DNA of 63,999 bases, filler included, from Porpidia crustulata (Eukaryota), in assembly GCA_964255105.1 (NCBI GenBank). It is 15 parts of 15 records of this genome, joined end to end, with 100 filler letters (N's around TTAATTAATTAA, not from the genome) between each part and the next. Parts side by side here need not be neighbours in the genome. Positions count along the whole stretch, not along the records: positions 1 to 4,220 come from CAXUWE010002126.1; positions 4,321 to 8,538 come from CAXUWE010002127.1; positions 8,639 to 12,855 come from CAXUWE010002128.1; positions 12,956 to 17,155 come from CAXUWE010002130.1; 11 more parts are not named here. One strand, given 5' to 3'. Positions within the stretch are counted from its first letter, which is position 1. Each line of letters opens with the position of its first letter. The notes beneath the pieces are model-generated. The model was not told the origin of the DNA. It ran no database searches and saw nothing but the letters and a program-made list of their open reading frames with translations. A program made the translations under genes and the position numbers. Positions 1-13,249 of the stretch are shown here, piece by piece.

Positions 1-2526
1 TACTCGTTTGCATCTCTGTTTATATCTTGTGTTGTTATTAGAACAACCGTTACATTATATTAACATACATTTATTTCGTGTTTTAATATTAAAATAAAAT
101 TACAAATCTGAATTTAAAATGACATATGTTCTGCATATGTTGCATATATGCTGCGTACATGCTATGCACATGATGTGACTTAAGTTCAGCATATGCTCAA
201 GCTCATCTAGGGTCAGAAATGTAATGCTCAGCATATGCTCAGGTTCGACGCGGATCGAAATTTAACGCTAGCGTTTTCAACCCGTGGCTAACTATTTCCA
301 ACCCCTCCCGAGCTGCGACCCGGTCCAATTGCTCGATATTTTTGCAAAGCAGGTGGCGATTTGATTAGAAAAAGGTTTATAGTCCTAGTGCTAAGCTTCA
401 TTAGGATGACGCTAATTCTCATATGAGGGGGTGTACGAGTATGCAAAAGAGGATGTACGAGTATGAAAAGGGGGTGTACGATTAGTATTTCCCCATCTAA
501 ACGCTCACTTCCTGTTAGTATAAATATACTTCCGTATCCTGACTTTCTAATAATTCTCGTAATGTTTCTGTTCTTACCGGATCTTGATTGTGTTTTTATT
601 GAACGAGGCGATGCTATAAAGCACGATAGAATACTGGTAAGAGAAGAGAACTAAGTTAGAAGTGTCACGACACGTCTATTCCCCAGCTATGACTGTTTCT
701 TGAGAAGGTAATTAACCGATTTGATTTTGAAGGGAAAGAGGTTCCTTTCAAATAATATTCTAGTATCAAAACGGATTCACTTTCTCATAAATGAAGTCTT
801 CTGCCGTGTGTAAGCTTAGAATAGATGAAGTTGATTTATCGTTCTTAGCTCAAGTAGTGGTCACGACCTATATGCAAGCTAGATGGGTCCAGATGTAGAT
901 CGCATTCCAGCGGTCCTGAAACATGAACACTCAGCTTTGTACAAGGGTGTCATCTGGTGCGCTTGCGATAGGGGTGAGAAGTGCCAAAGATATGGTTACG
1001 AGAAACTAGGTATACGACCGACGACCGCCAGGGATTGGGAACGTGTGACAGACAAGCTCAGGCTGTCAACGAGCTCGTGAACGGTCAACGAAACTTGGCC
1101 GCAAGCCAGCTATTAGTGATGAAGAAATTGATAATTCCCTGAATTCAACAAATCCAATACGAGATCAACGATGTGAGGCGCAAATTAAACACCATAACTT
1201 CGATATTGGCCCTCGTCGGCTTCCTGCTCAACTCATGAATCGGACCAATAGTGCTCAGCTATTCAAGGAACGAGTTGTCCAAAGATTGAAGCCGGAGCAA
1301 TTGGATGAGAGAAAGACGGAAGGACCCTTTCATAAACCCCACACAGTTCCAGATTAGTGGGAGTTTGTTTACTTCACATATGAGGCTCATGGTGATCTTT
1401 CGGCGGAGCCAACTGGACAGATTTTGAGAGAAGAAGGCACTGCATATGAGCCAGAAGATCTACTGCGAAAAGGTGATTTGGAAGGCTGTAACATCTACGT
1501 TGCTGCACTCGTCAATTTCTGGTTCAAAAGAGTCTTGATCTTTTACTGCGACGAAAACAATGAGGCCATTATTAATTGTAGATCCAACAACCTCCAAAAC
1601 CTCGCAATCGCAAAAGTGAAGATGACACGGCTTTTCAACATCGACTAGCTACAACATACAATACTCGTGCCACCAGAAACATGGATTAAATGCTTATTTT
1701 ACAAGTAATCACCATATCAGCTAAGCGATTTGTCTAATTTCCAACTTGTGGTTGAGGCAACATGCATGCGAGGCCTGCAAAAAGGGGATGTTCATGGGGC
1801 CCCGCGACGGTGAATTCCATCATCCCCTGGTGACGGCGCAAAGTTTGCACGAAAGAAGATGATGGCACCGAAACGAGCATGTGGAGAAGGTTTCCCCGCA
1901 CCAGATAACATCCACAACCACGATTCGTGAAACATGCTGCGAATCTTAGAACCAGATGTGAGAGATCATGCACGGACTTTTGCTACCGACCCCCTTCCCC
2001 TTATCTGTCTCCAACCAGAATTCAAAGACAGACCTAGTCTTGTTGCCACAACTCCTATGAAGATGCGTTTTTGGTATCCATACAGACATCCGGGCCCCGC
2101 AGCCCTTATCTGGGATCTACATTTTACAGCTCTTTACACCAAATCGCATGATCCAGTGGCACGGGGATATACAATTCGGGAAGCGGAGCTTCTGCATGCT
2201 GATGAAAACGGCTGGCAAGATACGTCAATGCATAGAATGAGAGTGTTTGAAAGCACTTCTCGTTGTAGTCTCCCAATCGAGATTTATCAAGACAATCGCC
2301 ATTTACATCGCCCGATTTCTACGCCGAGCGATCTTCTATCGCCTTTCCATTTCCGAGCAGGACATGATGCATTCTCTTCATCTCCACGGCGCCATTGTCC
2401 GGAAGCCTCCATCGCTTGAGCTCCGCTGAAGGGCATATAAACACACCAGAGCAACCCAAATCCGTCTTTCTCAGGACCAAAGCAGCCCAATCCAAGTCTC
2501 TTGCAGTCAGTCAACTAATATCTACC

Positions 2527-3803
2527 ATGCCCGCCCAAATCAAAAAGTACAAGGCCGCGGCCGTGACTGCTGAACCCGGCTGGTTCGACCTCGAGCTCTC
2601 CGTCCAAAAGACCATCAAATGGATCAACGAAGCTGGCGCGGCAGGTTGCCGCCTCGTCGCCTTCCCCGAAGTTTGGATCCCTGGGTATCCCTACTGGATG
2701 TGGAAGATCAATTACCAGCAATCGCTGCCCTTCCTCAAGGCATACCGCGAAAACAGCTTGCCCTCTGATTCGGACGAGATGCGGCGGATCCGTGCTGCGG
2801 CGAGGGAGAACGGCATATATGTCTCGCTAGGCTACAGTGAGATTGACATGGCGACTTGCCATCTCGCGCAGGTGCTTATCGGCCCGAACGGCGATATCCT
2901 GAACCATCGCCGGAAGATCAAGCCCACGCATGTGGAGAAACTGGTTTTCGGCGACGGCGCTGGAGACACTTTCGAGTCCGTCGTCGATACAGACATTGGA
3001 CGTGTCGGCCAACTAAATTGTTGGGAGAATATGAACCCTTTCTTGAAGGCTTATGCTTGCAGCCTTGGAGAACAGGTATGTACATCAGCATCACTGGGTT
3101 TGCACCACGGGCTTATCATTGCTGCGTACTCCCAGGTTCACATTGCCGCGTGGCCCATCTACCCCGACAAAACCAGTCTAACCTATCCGGACCCGTACAC
3201 GAACGTCAGTGATCCGAACTCGGATATCGTGAGCCCGGCCTACGCCATCGAAACCTGCACATACGTCCTCGCGCCTTTCCAGCGCCTTTCTCAGGAGGGC
3301 GTTGCAAAGAACACGCCGCCTGGTGTCGATGTCGAGACACCAGAGCGATACAACGGGCACACTCGCATCTACGGCCCCGATGGCTCCTTGCTCGCCAAGC
3401 CCGGCAAGGACTTTGAAGGGCTGGTGTTTGCGGACGTACGTCCCTCAACTCGCTTTCCCCCATCCTCTCTCCCTCTCATATCCCACTCTCTCTCTACTCC
3501 CAAAGATTTGGTCTGACACTTGCCCAGATCGATCTCGACGAGTCTCATCTCCCGAAAGCCCTCGCGGACTTCGGCGGGCACTACATGCGGGCGGATCTGA
3601 TCCGTCTACTGGTGGACACGAGACGTAAAGAGCTGATCACGCACGCCGATACCGATGGCGGGATCGGCAACTACAGCACTCTTGACCGTGTGGCGCTGTC
3701 GAAGCCGCTGTCGGAGCCGAAAGCGGATGTCAGAGGTATTAAAAAGGTGGGACCGAGGACTACGATGGAGGGAGAGGGTAACGGAGTGCTGAATGGGACA
3801 TGA
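2527..3803 (+). CDS. cht: Cyanide hydratase (nitrilase family); introns 3076-3135 and 3436-3527
   Basis: Nitrilase triad motifs [13 protein letters not shown] and [17 protein letters not shown] and the C-terminal [23 protein letters not shown] match fungal cyanide hydratases. GT-AG introns join the ORFs. Confidence 0.93.
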
Positions 3804-4220
3804 GGGGTAATTCTGCGTATTGAATGCGGTGCGTTCTGCAGTGATGTGTGCGAGACACTTGTATCAGATTGACGGAGAAGAGTCTTCTTCTGAGAATCGG
3901 CTGAGGTGTATATCTCAAGAGTCTGTCGTTCACTCAATTAGCAGCCCCAAGAGATAAAATGATCTTGATGTGGAAATGCACCGCCTTCTGATACTCTTTT
4001 GATCGAAGTAAAGAAAAAGATAGATGCATTGTAATGACTGCGATCTTTGCCTCTTTGTTATTGACATATCGAATCCGAAAACGGAGATCCAAGATCTTTC
4101 ATGTAGAACTGTCGAGACCGGATCGTGAGATCGATACATCGAATCACAAAAAACGTTAAAATCATTAGAGTATCTCTAGACCAGCGATGTGATAATTAAC
4201 CTCCTCGTTCAACCCAATCC

Positions 4221-4320
4221 NNNNNNNNNNNNNNNNNNNNNNNNNNNNNNNNNNNNNNNNNNNNTTAATTAATTAANNNNNNNNNNNNNNNNNNNNNNNN
4301 NNNNNNNNNNNNNNNNNNNN
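4221..4320. other. Artificial contig spacer (N-run, TTAATTAATTAA, N-run). Also at 8539-8638, 12856-12955, 17156-17255, 21451-21550, 25745-25844, 30039-30138, 34323-34422, 38607-38706, 42881-42980, 47155-47254, 51426-51525, 55693-55792, 59952-60051
   Basis: The same 100-nt cassette, with stops in all six frames, occurs 14 times, and genes are cut off at its edges. Confidence 0.99.
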
Positions 4321-4717
4321 TAATAGAGCGAGTTGAGGGTGTGGTGAACGTCGGAGGTCCTAGAAGAGACTGCTTGACGAATATGCAAGAATCCTTGATC
4401 GTAGGAGACGCTTCAAGGCTGTGTGACTCAACGATGTGTAAACAAGTTGAGAAATGGGCATACGGGACCGAGCAGAAAGTATGAACGACCCCGCAAAGAA
4501 GAGAGAAGACCTAGAAGAAGAGAACCGTGGCCTTGTAGCGAGCTTATAACGTAACGAAAACCGACCAATGGGGTTTAGCCCTAGTCCAAGCACGTGCGAG
4601 TTTGCTAGGAGAACCTCGCTTGTCTAGTCCCCTTTGCGAAACCACGGAGTTCGACGCCTTTGAATCGCTGACGCCTGCAATCATCCTGAGTCCAAATATC
4701 ATTTACTTACGTGCAAA

Positions 4718-7100
4718 TCATGCTATAATCTCCTCCGTCTCTTCTAGCACCTCTTCCACAATCTCCTCGACGACGGCTGCGTCTTCCTCATCAGCTCTAT
4801 TCGCGGCCCTGGCTTCTTCCTCGGGATCTTCAGGTAGCCCCATCTCCCTCCTGTCCTCTCTAAGGTCTTCTTGCTCTCGTTCCCTCCATGCTAGCCATTC
4901 GCTCAGTATTCTTCTTCGTTCGTCGACAATCGCTCCCTTCTCCTTGTCCTCTTCGATCCTGTCTTGCTCATCGAAATCTTTGCTGTACTCACGTAGATTC
5001 TTGCGAATCTGCTTTTGCTCATCTTTAGAGAGCATGGTTGGTGGTCGGGGTCGCCATAGTAATTGCTTAAATTTGTCGAGGTGCTCTTCTCGTAGAAGTT
5101 CGCCCTTGAAATCATACAGATGGTAGCCATTTTCCATCTGCAAATTATGTTAGCTAGCTGACAGCACCTACTAGCTATGGTGGAAACGTACGGAGTGTTT
5201 CCACATACTAGCGCTTGTGGCAACATATCGCCCCGTCGGATCCCAATCAACCTCCGTGACACCATAATGATCGGCAGTAGACATCAATTGTAGGTTTGCC
5301 GTTAGATCTTTATCACTCTCCGATTTCTCACCTTCAAAGTCGAGATCCCAAAAGTCCAGGTCATAGCTCTGCTGCGAATGCACTGTAGCAACGACAACAA
5401 AACGACCTTTCGGCGACCAGTAAATCCCGTTGCTGTTTTTCTTCTCTATGGTTCGGATATGCTTGAAGTTACCGACACCGGCGCCTTTAATCTTTTCTGG
5501 GCAGAAAAAGGATACTGCCGTCTTCGGTGGCACTGCGGTATTTGCAATAGCCTCAGCTGCAGTAATGAGCACAAATCTATCTCCCTTGGGTTCCCAAGCA
5601 AAATTGACCACCGTATCTTTGATCGAGTCTACGACTTCCACAGGCACGCCCTTTTCTCTTACCCGAAAGATCTCAAGATTTGTAGCTAACGACTTTTTCG
5701 ACTTGGAGTGTCTGTCTACTTTTACACACACATAAGCAGCTTGCGATTGCCAGTGTAGCCTTGCATCTGTGACGTTGAAAAGGTTGCGAGTTCGTACGAT
5801 TTCCTTTGATGGAATAGTCATCAATCCTACCTTGGCTGGATTGCTACCGATTTCCGGCGTCCAGTAACACAGCAATTGCTCCTTGGTTTTGATTCCATCT
5901 CGTTGCGGTCTCGATGGTGCCCACTCGAATTCTCTGATGCCTTCCATTTTGATAGTTGCCTTGTCCAGGAGGATCATTGTCGGTAATTCATATACAGATA
6001 TAGACTGACCGTCAAGCATACGAGCCACGTATTGATCGTCGGCCGACCATTTGAAAGCTGGCCAAGCAATTTTCTTCTTTACGGGCTGCCCACTCTCGTC
6101 TTCTGTGGGCCCTGGAACGTCGTGTGTTTGAAATGCTCGCAACGGTTTACAGGTTGCGACATCCCAGATTATGTAATTCTTTCCGTCCTCTTCCAGTGAT
6201 AGTACCGGGTCATCCTCTGCTACCTCGATTGGCTTGAATGACCATGTCGTGATGTATTTCTCACAAGGTGAAAAGTCGATCAGGTTGCATGCTGGGTGTG
6301 GGAATCTTGTTTGCCGCGTCCATGACGGACCACCCCATAGTTGAACACCTCTGGCATGCATTGTGGTAAGATAAGTTCCCATTGGTGACCACTGAATAAA
6401 CAGCTCCGTCCAGTGTTGGCGGTCAACAATAGGCTCAGGGGGGTCTTTCTTCTTGTTCCAGAATACTCCGACGTTGTCCCCCCGATACATAGCAAACTGA
6501 TCTCTTCCATTTGAGTCGCCAAGCCACCATCGAAGATGCTCCTTCTCTGCAAAGTCATCGATGTGTGGCGGATGGTACTCATCGTCAATCCTACCCTCGC
6601 GCCCATATCTGTCAATATCGGTGAGCTTGTTGACGGCTATCGTATGCCTTCTATCCAAGGGAGTGCCGTGTAGGGCTTTGGTGGCCTTGATAGCTTGTTC
6701 TGGTGTTTCGTATTCTACAAATGCGTAGCTGCAGAAATCAGCCTTATTTGTGCCGTGCCAACTGCCTTGAAAAATCGTACCCTTCTGACATGTCATTTTC
6801 CCCTAGTGGCATGAAAATAGCATCCTCTTTTGTCCTTCCCACTGTATTCAGCTTCTTCAGCAGGAATTTGACAAGCTTCTGTTTGCTATCCTTGGGAACA
6901 ACAGGCAGTCCGTCGATGACGACAAAGGCATCTAGTCCTTGCTCTAATCTTACTTCATATTGTGCTTGTAGATCTGACCAGACCACCTGTCAGACTTGAC
7001 TCGACTGAGGGACTGGGAAGGTCTGCATACCTGAAAAATCTAGCTCTTCCTCGGACTCTTCCCCATTCTCTTCGGGAAGATTATCAAAACTCGGCGCCAT
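4718..7100 (-). CDS. prt1: Translation initiation factor eIF3 subunit b (multi-exon)
   Basis: Starts [14 protein letters not shown] region (VVIDGLPVV...[11 protein letters not shown]) is followed by beta-propeller repeats ([24 protein letters not shown]) and C-terminal [10 protein letters not shown]...IRKNLREYS. Confidence 0.95.
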
Positions 7101-7803
7101 AATTCCAGATAAATATTCGTAGAATCTGAAAATAGAATTAGCTTAAATTGGCGTATATTGCTTCGTCTCCAGAGCTTCGACGTTGCGAATACAAGTAACG
7201 CGCACGAAAAGTTTGTGGAGTTTATCGATTGAACGAGGGCGCTAACCGAGATAGGCCCCGGTGTTCGCTTAGTCATCTACCCCTTGTGGTGTCCCATTCC
7301 ACAGTAGACCAATAAGTAAATGAGCTTGCTATGAATACCTTGAAATTATCGAATTTGATGTGTCGCTCGTCACGAAATACACATATCAAGTTTGTGTAGC
7401 CTGAGAAATCCATTCTGAGCGCTCATTGCCAATAGAAGCGGTTTAGTGCATTGCGGGCAACGGTGGGGTTCTGCCGACAGGCGAACGTTGATCTTCAGCA
7501 TCATCCGTTTATTGTCATCAGCGACATAATCGGCAGAACTTCTTCAGCCTCAATTGAATTTCTTTTCACCATATAGTGGTTTATTAAATGCGTACGAGTT
7601 TCCTGGCTACTTGGCTTATTCGAATGATCGATCACTGTCTGTGTAATGCTCTGAGACTTCTGCATCCAACTCTTAATCAGCAATCTCTCGTTACCTGTCT
7701 ACCTAAGCTATTGAAGCTCCGACTTGAGTAATACTTAATAAAGACCGAATTCTCCGAAAAGCCCTCCTATCCATCAGCATAAATTCGCTCAATTGTTAAC
7801 AAC

Positions 7804-8538
7804 ATGTCTTGTAAGTAATTCCATGCTGCACGAAGCTTGCAAGTGAAAGATCTGATCGTTCACATAGTACCGCCTGACTTGGAGAGCTCATTTACAACGA
7901 TCATTGACTCAATTCTGGCCGCCAGTGATCTTAATACCATCTCTGAGAAGCGTATACGGAAAGGGCTACAGCAAGCAGTCGAATATGACATCACTCCTCA
8001 AAAGGTTACAAGCTCTCTCCAAGGCTCTTATTACGTACTAAACAGTATCATTTACAGGCGGAAATCAAAGCTCTGATCATGGCACGATTCGATAAATTCA
8101 TAGCCGAAAAGAATTCTGTTCCCCAAACTAACGGCCACTCCTCTGAAGTCAAGATAGAGCCCCCTGAATCCCCCAAAGTCGCTATCAAGCAATCAACCTC
8201 CCCATCGCCAAAAATCAAAACGAAACGCGAAAGTGACGACGACGACGACCTATCTGACGCGCCAACAGAGCCCTCTCCGAAGAAGAAAAGGAAAGTCGAG
8301 AAATTTGTCGACGAAGACGCTGCCTTCGCAGCAAAACTACAAGCAGAAGAGAACAGCCGTGCGAGGCCTACAAGGAATGGCATAAATAAAAAACTCATAG
8401 TCAAGAAGAAGAGCCGACCAAAGAAGAAGACCGCGGCGAAAGTGAAGAACGAAGATGATAGCGACATCGGCGACTCCGGCTCTGGTACAGCAGAGAAGAA
8501 CGTCAACCGCAGCGGCGGATTCCACGTAAGTCTTGCTC
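7804..8538 (+). CDS. DEK-C/SWIB-MDM2 domain chromatin protein (UAF30/Tri1-like), 3' truncated at contig end
   Basis: DEK-C-like IIDSILAASDLNTISEKRIRKGLQ, then DAAFAAKLQAEEN, a Lys-rich linker and NRSGGFH ending at a GTAAGT donor where the SWIB domain normally begins. Confidence 0.8.
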
Positions 8539-8985
8539 NNNNNNNNNNNNNNNNNNNNNNNNNNNNNNNNNNNNNNNNNNNNTTAATTAATTAANNNNNN
8601 NNNNNNNNNNNNNNNNNNNNNNNNNNNNNNNNNNNNNNCTCTAAGTGCAATTTCGAACTAGGGGTGTAATCGAACGAGGGGTGGATAAGAGTAGTCCCGC
8701 CCCATGTCCGGTTGCTCTTTGTTGGGCTGGACTGAAACGTTGTCAAAGGAGTCAAGAATGTCTGAAGATAGATTACTCCGCCTCATTCCCTGCATTCCCT
8801 GCATCGGCAAGCAGCATATCGCGTAGTCAATCGGCGGTTTCCACCATCGTGGCCTCTTTGTAGGATGTGATGTGAATCAAAACGTCGAATGCACTCGCTT
8901 GGTCCTCGTGCCTGCCTGTTCTGCTGATGCCTTTTAATGTACCATAGATTTTCCCCATATCACGTTACTCTTCGATATACTTCAA

Positions 8986-11869
8986 ATGGCTGACAAGTAC
9001 CCCGGTAGTAATCTGCGTCTGAGCTTTGCTACAGTCCCGCCCCGTCGCGATAGCATGCCGTGCTCTACATCCTCTCACCACACCTCCCATACCCTACAAG
9101 AGGAGGATGAGGAGGACGACCACATAATCTCCTCCCATGCGAGTCTGCTCACACCGACATCTCCGACAGCCGTTCGGCGACTTCACTCCGCGAGGACATC
9201 TGAACTTGATCTTCGTAGTCGGCTACCGTCACGACTACTCATCGATGAGCAGTCAAGCCTGCTAGGGTATGCAGATGGCGTATCGAAAAGTTATACAGAG
9301 CCCAATACCGCAAAGCCTCGATTTGCCCGGCTGCAGAGCCAGGCTGGGAGCGTTCGGGTCAACAAGTCCAGGAACCACAGTCGAGCGAGCTCGTGGGGTG
9401 GACGTCTGGTCAGCGCCCTGAGTGCTGGTGAGGTGGGTCTGTCCGAGTCAAAAGTAACGATATTCCAGGACGAGCGTGTCTGGTACGACCAGTTCACTTC
9501 GACGGATTGGGTCCATGACAGCATAGCAGATGCTTTCCGCATAAGGGAATTGAGATCACGCAAAGACATCAAAGGGCGCATCTACGCGTGGTTCGACGGT
9601 GCTCAAGGATGGCTTCTCGTGGGCATCATCGGATGCATTACGGCCTGTATTGCTTACTTCGTCAATGTTACCGAAACTTCTATCTTCGACATCAAGGAAG
9701 GGTATTGTACGCAAGGCTGGTACTATAGTGTGAAAAGGTGCTGCTTTGGTGAAAAGCTTTGTCCAGCTTGGAAAACCTGGGGAGAGGCGATGAGCTTTAC
9801 GGGACTTGAAAGAAGATGGGTTGACTTTTTTGCTTTCGTCTTTTTCGTGGTGCTATTCTCAGTGGGTTCATGCTTCTTGACATTGATGACGAAGACTGTG
9901 ATACCGTCATCCTTTTCATTGTCTACGCTAGATGAGAATCTCGGTGCAGAGCGCCTCAAGCATCCGGGTGAAACAGATGACATGAGTTACAAGGGCGGGC
10001 AGACTCCGATTCAGCCATCAAACGATGACAATACGCCAAAACCTACGACCATGATATATTATCCAGCTGCAGGAAGCGGCGTGGCAGAAGTCAAAGTCAT
10101 ACTCAGCGGTTTCGTTGTCCACGGCTATCTAGGAGTCCGGACGCTCGTAGTAAAGACTCTTGCACTCATTCTTAGTGTTTCATCTGGCTTAAGTCTCGGC
10201 AAAGAGGGTCCGTATGTCCATATTGCAACTTGCGTTGGCAATATTGCGTGCAGACTGTTCTCAAAATACAATCACAACGATGCAAAACGGCGAGAGGTCC
10301 TCAGCGCCAGTGCTGCGAGTGGAGTTGGCGTTGCCTTTGGCGCTCCCATTGGAGGAGTACTTTTCAGTCTGGAAGAAGTCAGGTAAGCCTTTGTATGTCG
10401 TTTGGGGAGGCTGTTGCTAAAGCAACTCTTAGCTATTACTTCCCTCCTAAGACTCTTTTCAGAACATTTTTCTGCTGCATAGTGAGTTCCACCAAATATT
10501 ATGTGCGAGACCAAGTCTAATACTCTTACAGGTTGCGTCATTATTTCTCAAATTTCTGAATCCGTACGGCACGGGAAAAATCGTCATATTTGAGGTTCGA
10601 TATTTGACAGACTGGAGGTCCTTTGAAATGATAGCTTTCATCTTATTGGGCGTCTTGGGTGGAGCTACTGGAGCGCTCTTCATCAAAGCATCGAGAATCT
10701 GGGCAACCACATTCCGTCGCATTCCCACCATCAAGAATTGGCCAGTCTTTGAGGTTTTTCTTGTCGCCCTGATCACGGGCATCGCCAGTTTTTGGAACCG
10801 TTACACGAAGCTCGCAGTGACCGAGCTATTATTTGAATTAGCTAGTCCCTGCGGTCAGGACGATAACTCAGGTCTCTGTCCTCGAACTGGGGATGATATT
10901 ATGGGTATAGTAGGTCATCTCTGTATTGCATTTATAATCAAGAGTCTCCTTACAACTATCACATTCGGGATCAAAGTTCCTGCCGGAATCTACGTTCCTT
11001 CTATGGTGGTGGGTGGTCTGCTTGGAAGAATCGTTGGCCACCTCGTCCAATTCCTCGCGTTCAAGTATCCGAACGCTACAATCTTCAGCGGCTGTCCCGC
11101 AGATGGTGGTCTCGAAAGCTGCGTAACGCCGGGAGTGTATGCATTGGTCGCTGCAGGAGCCACCATGTGTGGCGTTACTCGACTCTCGGTAACACTGGCA
11201 GTCATTCTCTTCGAGCTCACAGGGAGTCTCGATCATGTGCTACCATTTTCTCTTTCCGTCTTGGTAGCGAAATGGACTGCGGATGCCCTGGAGCCTCACA
11301 GCATATACGACCTACTCACTCACATGAACTCGTACCCACTACTTGATAATAAGCTCAGACCAGTTTTCACCACCGATCTAGGAGACATTACCTCAACCGT
11401 TCGCTCCCACCGTGTCATCGACATCTCAAATTCCCCTCTCGTCCCCGCCTCAACCCTCCGTCGTAAACTTGAGCACCTCCACGACGCTGGAGAGATCGAT
11501 GGTGGTCTACCCATTGTCCGCCACGGTGTCCTTGTCGGTCTGATTCCAGCACCAGATCTCGAATTTGCTCTCGACAAACTCGAAAATGAAGACCAATCCC
11601 TATGCCTAATGGCCACGAACATCACATGGCACGACACCGCCGAGGAACAAGAGCCCGAACCCGATCCAACCGACTTCACGCCGTATATCGATCCAGCGCC
11701 CGTAGCGCTAGATGTGCATTCACCAATGGACCTGGTGTTTCAGTGTTTTGTCAAGCTCGGGCTGAGGTATATTTGCGTGTCGAGGGATGGGATGTACGCG
11801 GGATTGGTGCATAAGAAAACGTTTGTAAAATACATCAAGGAGCTGGAAGAGCAGGGAATGCATGAGTAG
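8986..11869 (+). CDS. CLC-family chloride channel/antiporter (Gef1-like) with C-terminal CBS domains; two short introns near 10383-10531
   Basis: CLC signatures GSGVAEVK, GKEGPYVH, AFGAPIGGVLFSLEE, GIYVPSM and VILFELTG. Confidence 0.95.
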
Positions 11870-12251
11870 CGCTGGTTCCTTTCTCCGGCGCATAGCTTGA
11901 AGTTGCGATCGCGGATTGGAGATATTATAAAGGGAGGTAAGAGGTTATTGGGGTGTTCCTAATAATAGGACGGCGTTGATGCGGTCATTTCGGTTTCATC
12001 TTGCGGTCTTCCATCATTTCCGCATAGCATTTGTTCGCATCTACCGCTTCGGTTTTCTCTCGGGCAAATTTTTGGCGTCCGGGAGCATCGGAGAGTTTGG
12101 CATATCATGTGGGACTCGGGAAGTGTATAACTGGCGTGGGAGTGTACCTTGGACTTTTAGATTGTGCTCGTTGAGTCTTAATCACGAGCAAAGCATCGAT
12201 AGCATAGCAATATATGGAATCAGTGATGCTGGCATCCACCCTGTCCCAATT

Positions 12252-12855
12252 TCATGTCTCAACTATCCTTTCGTTCTCCGCCCTCATCTCCAGAATCAAC
12301 CCCCCTACATCCCGCTCCCGTTCATCCCTCTCCAGCGCCGCCTTCACCACCTTCTCCAACTCCTTCACCTTCCGCACTGAGAGGTCCACCCCCTTCAACA
12401 GCACCAGCGCCTCCGCCGGCGCACCCCCTTGCTTCGCAATCTGACACACCTCCCCCTGCGCATTCGCCGTCACCACCACCTCCCCGACACTGACCTGCTG
12501 CTCCACCAACGTCGCGTCCACGACCCCGTCTTCCACGCCGTCGAAGTAGTGCAGCGTCACGCAAAACGGAAGGTGGAGCATCGCAACGGGCACGGGCACA
12601 CGTTCGGCCAGCGAATACACTGTCAGCTCTCCGCCGCGGATATCGGTGTCAGGGAGGCGGAAGTGCTGGAGCGCGGCAAGGACGGCGGCGCAGCAGGCGT
12701 CGACGAGGCCGCCGTCGTGGGACAGGACGTGGCAGGTTGCGAGCAACGACCAGACGCGGGAGCCGGCGAGGAGGCAGAGGGACTCTGTGGAGAGGGCGGA
12801 GGAGCGGCGGATGGCGACTTCAAGGAGGCGGGAGAGGTGGGTTTCGAGGTCTGTT
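12252..12855 (-). CDS. rrp45: Exosome RNase PH-like subunit Rrp45, 5' truncated
   Basis: LSRLLEVAIRRSSALSTESLCLLAG, HVLSHDGGLVDA, LQHFRLPD and GEVCQIAKQGG are typical of Rrp45. Confidence 0.88.
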
Positions 12856-13249
12856 NNNNNNNNNNNNNNNNNNNNNNNNNNNNNNNNNNNNNNNNNNNNT
12901 TAATTAATTAANNNNNNNNNNNNNNNNNNNNNNNNNNNNNNNNNNNNNNNNNNNNGTTCGTCTGAAAGATGCAGTTATTTTCTCACAACCTTCACGCCGT
13001 CGCTTCTTTCTTCCTCTTTCGATTTCTTTTCTTTTTTTTTAATCTTTATTGCTTTTATCACTTTTATCGTTTTTGATTTTTTATCTCGTCATTGTGTCTG
13101 CTGTTGCACTTGTTTCGTCATTTGTCCACCGCCAACCAATGAAAACTCATTGGTAGGGGAAGACCGATATTAGGGGTCAAATGTGGGACCATTGGGTGGT
13201 GAGCGTTCATCAGCCAGCTCCATCCGTGTCTATTCGTGTGTGACGCTGG

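Noticed and set aside
1934..2419. 161-aa ORF upstream of cyanide hydratase
   Set aside because: It has no recognisable motif and runs into the presumed promoter of the downstream gene, so it is probably spurious.
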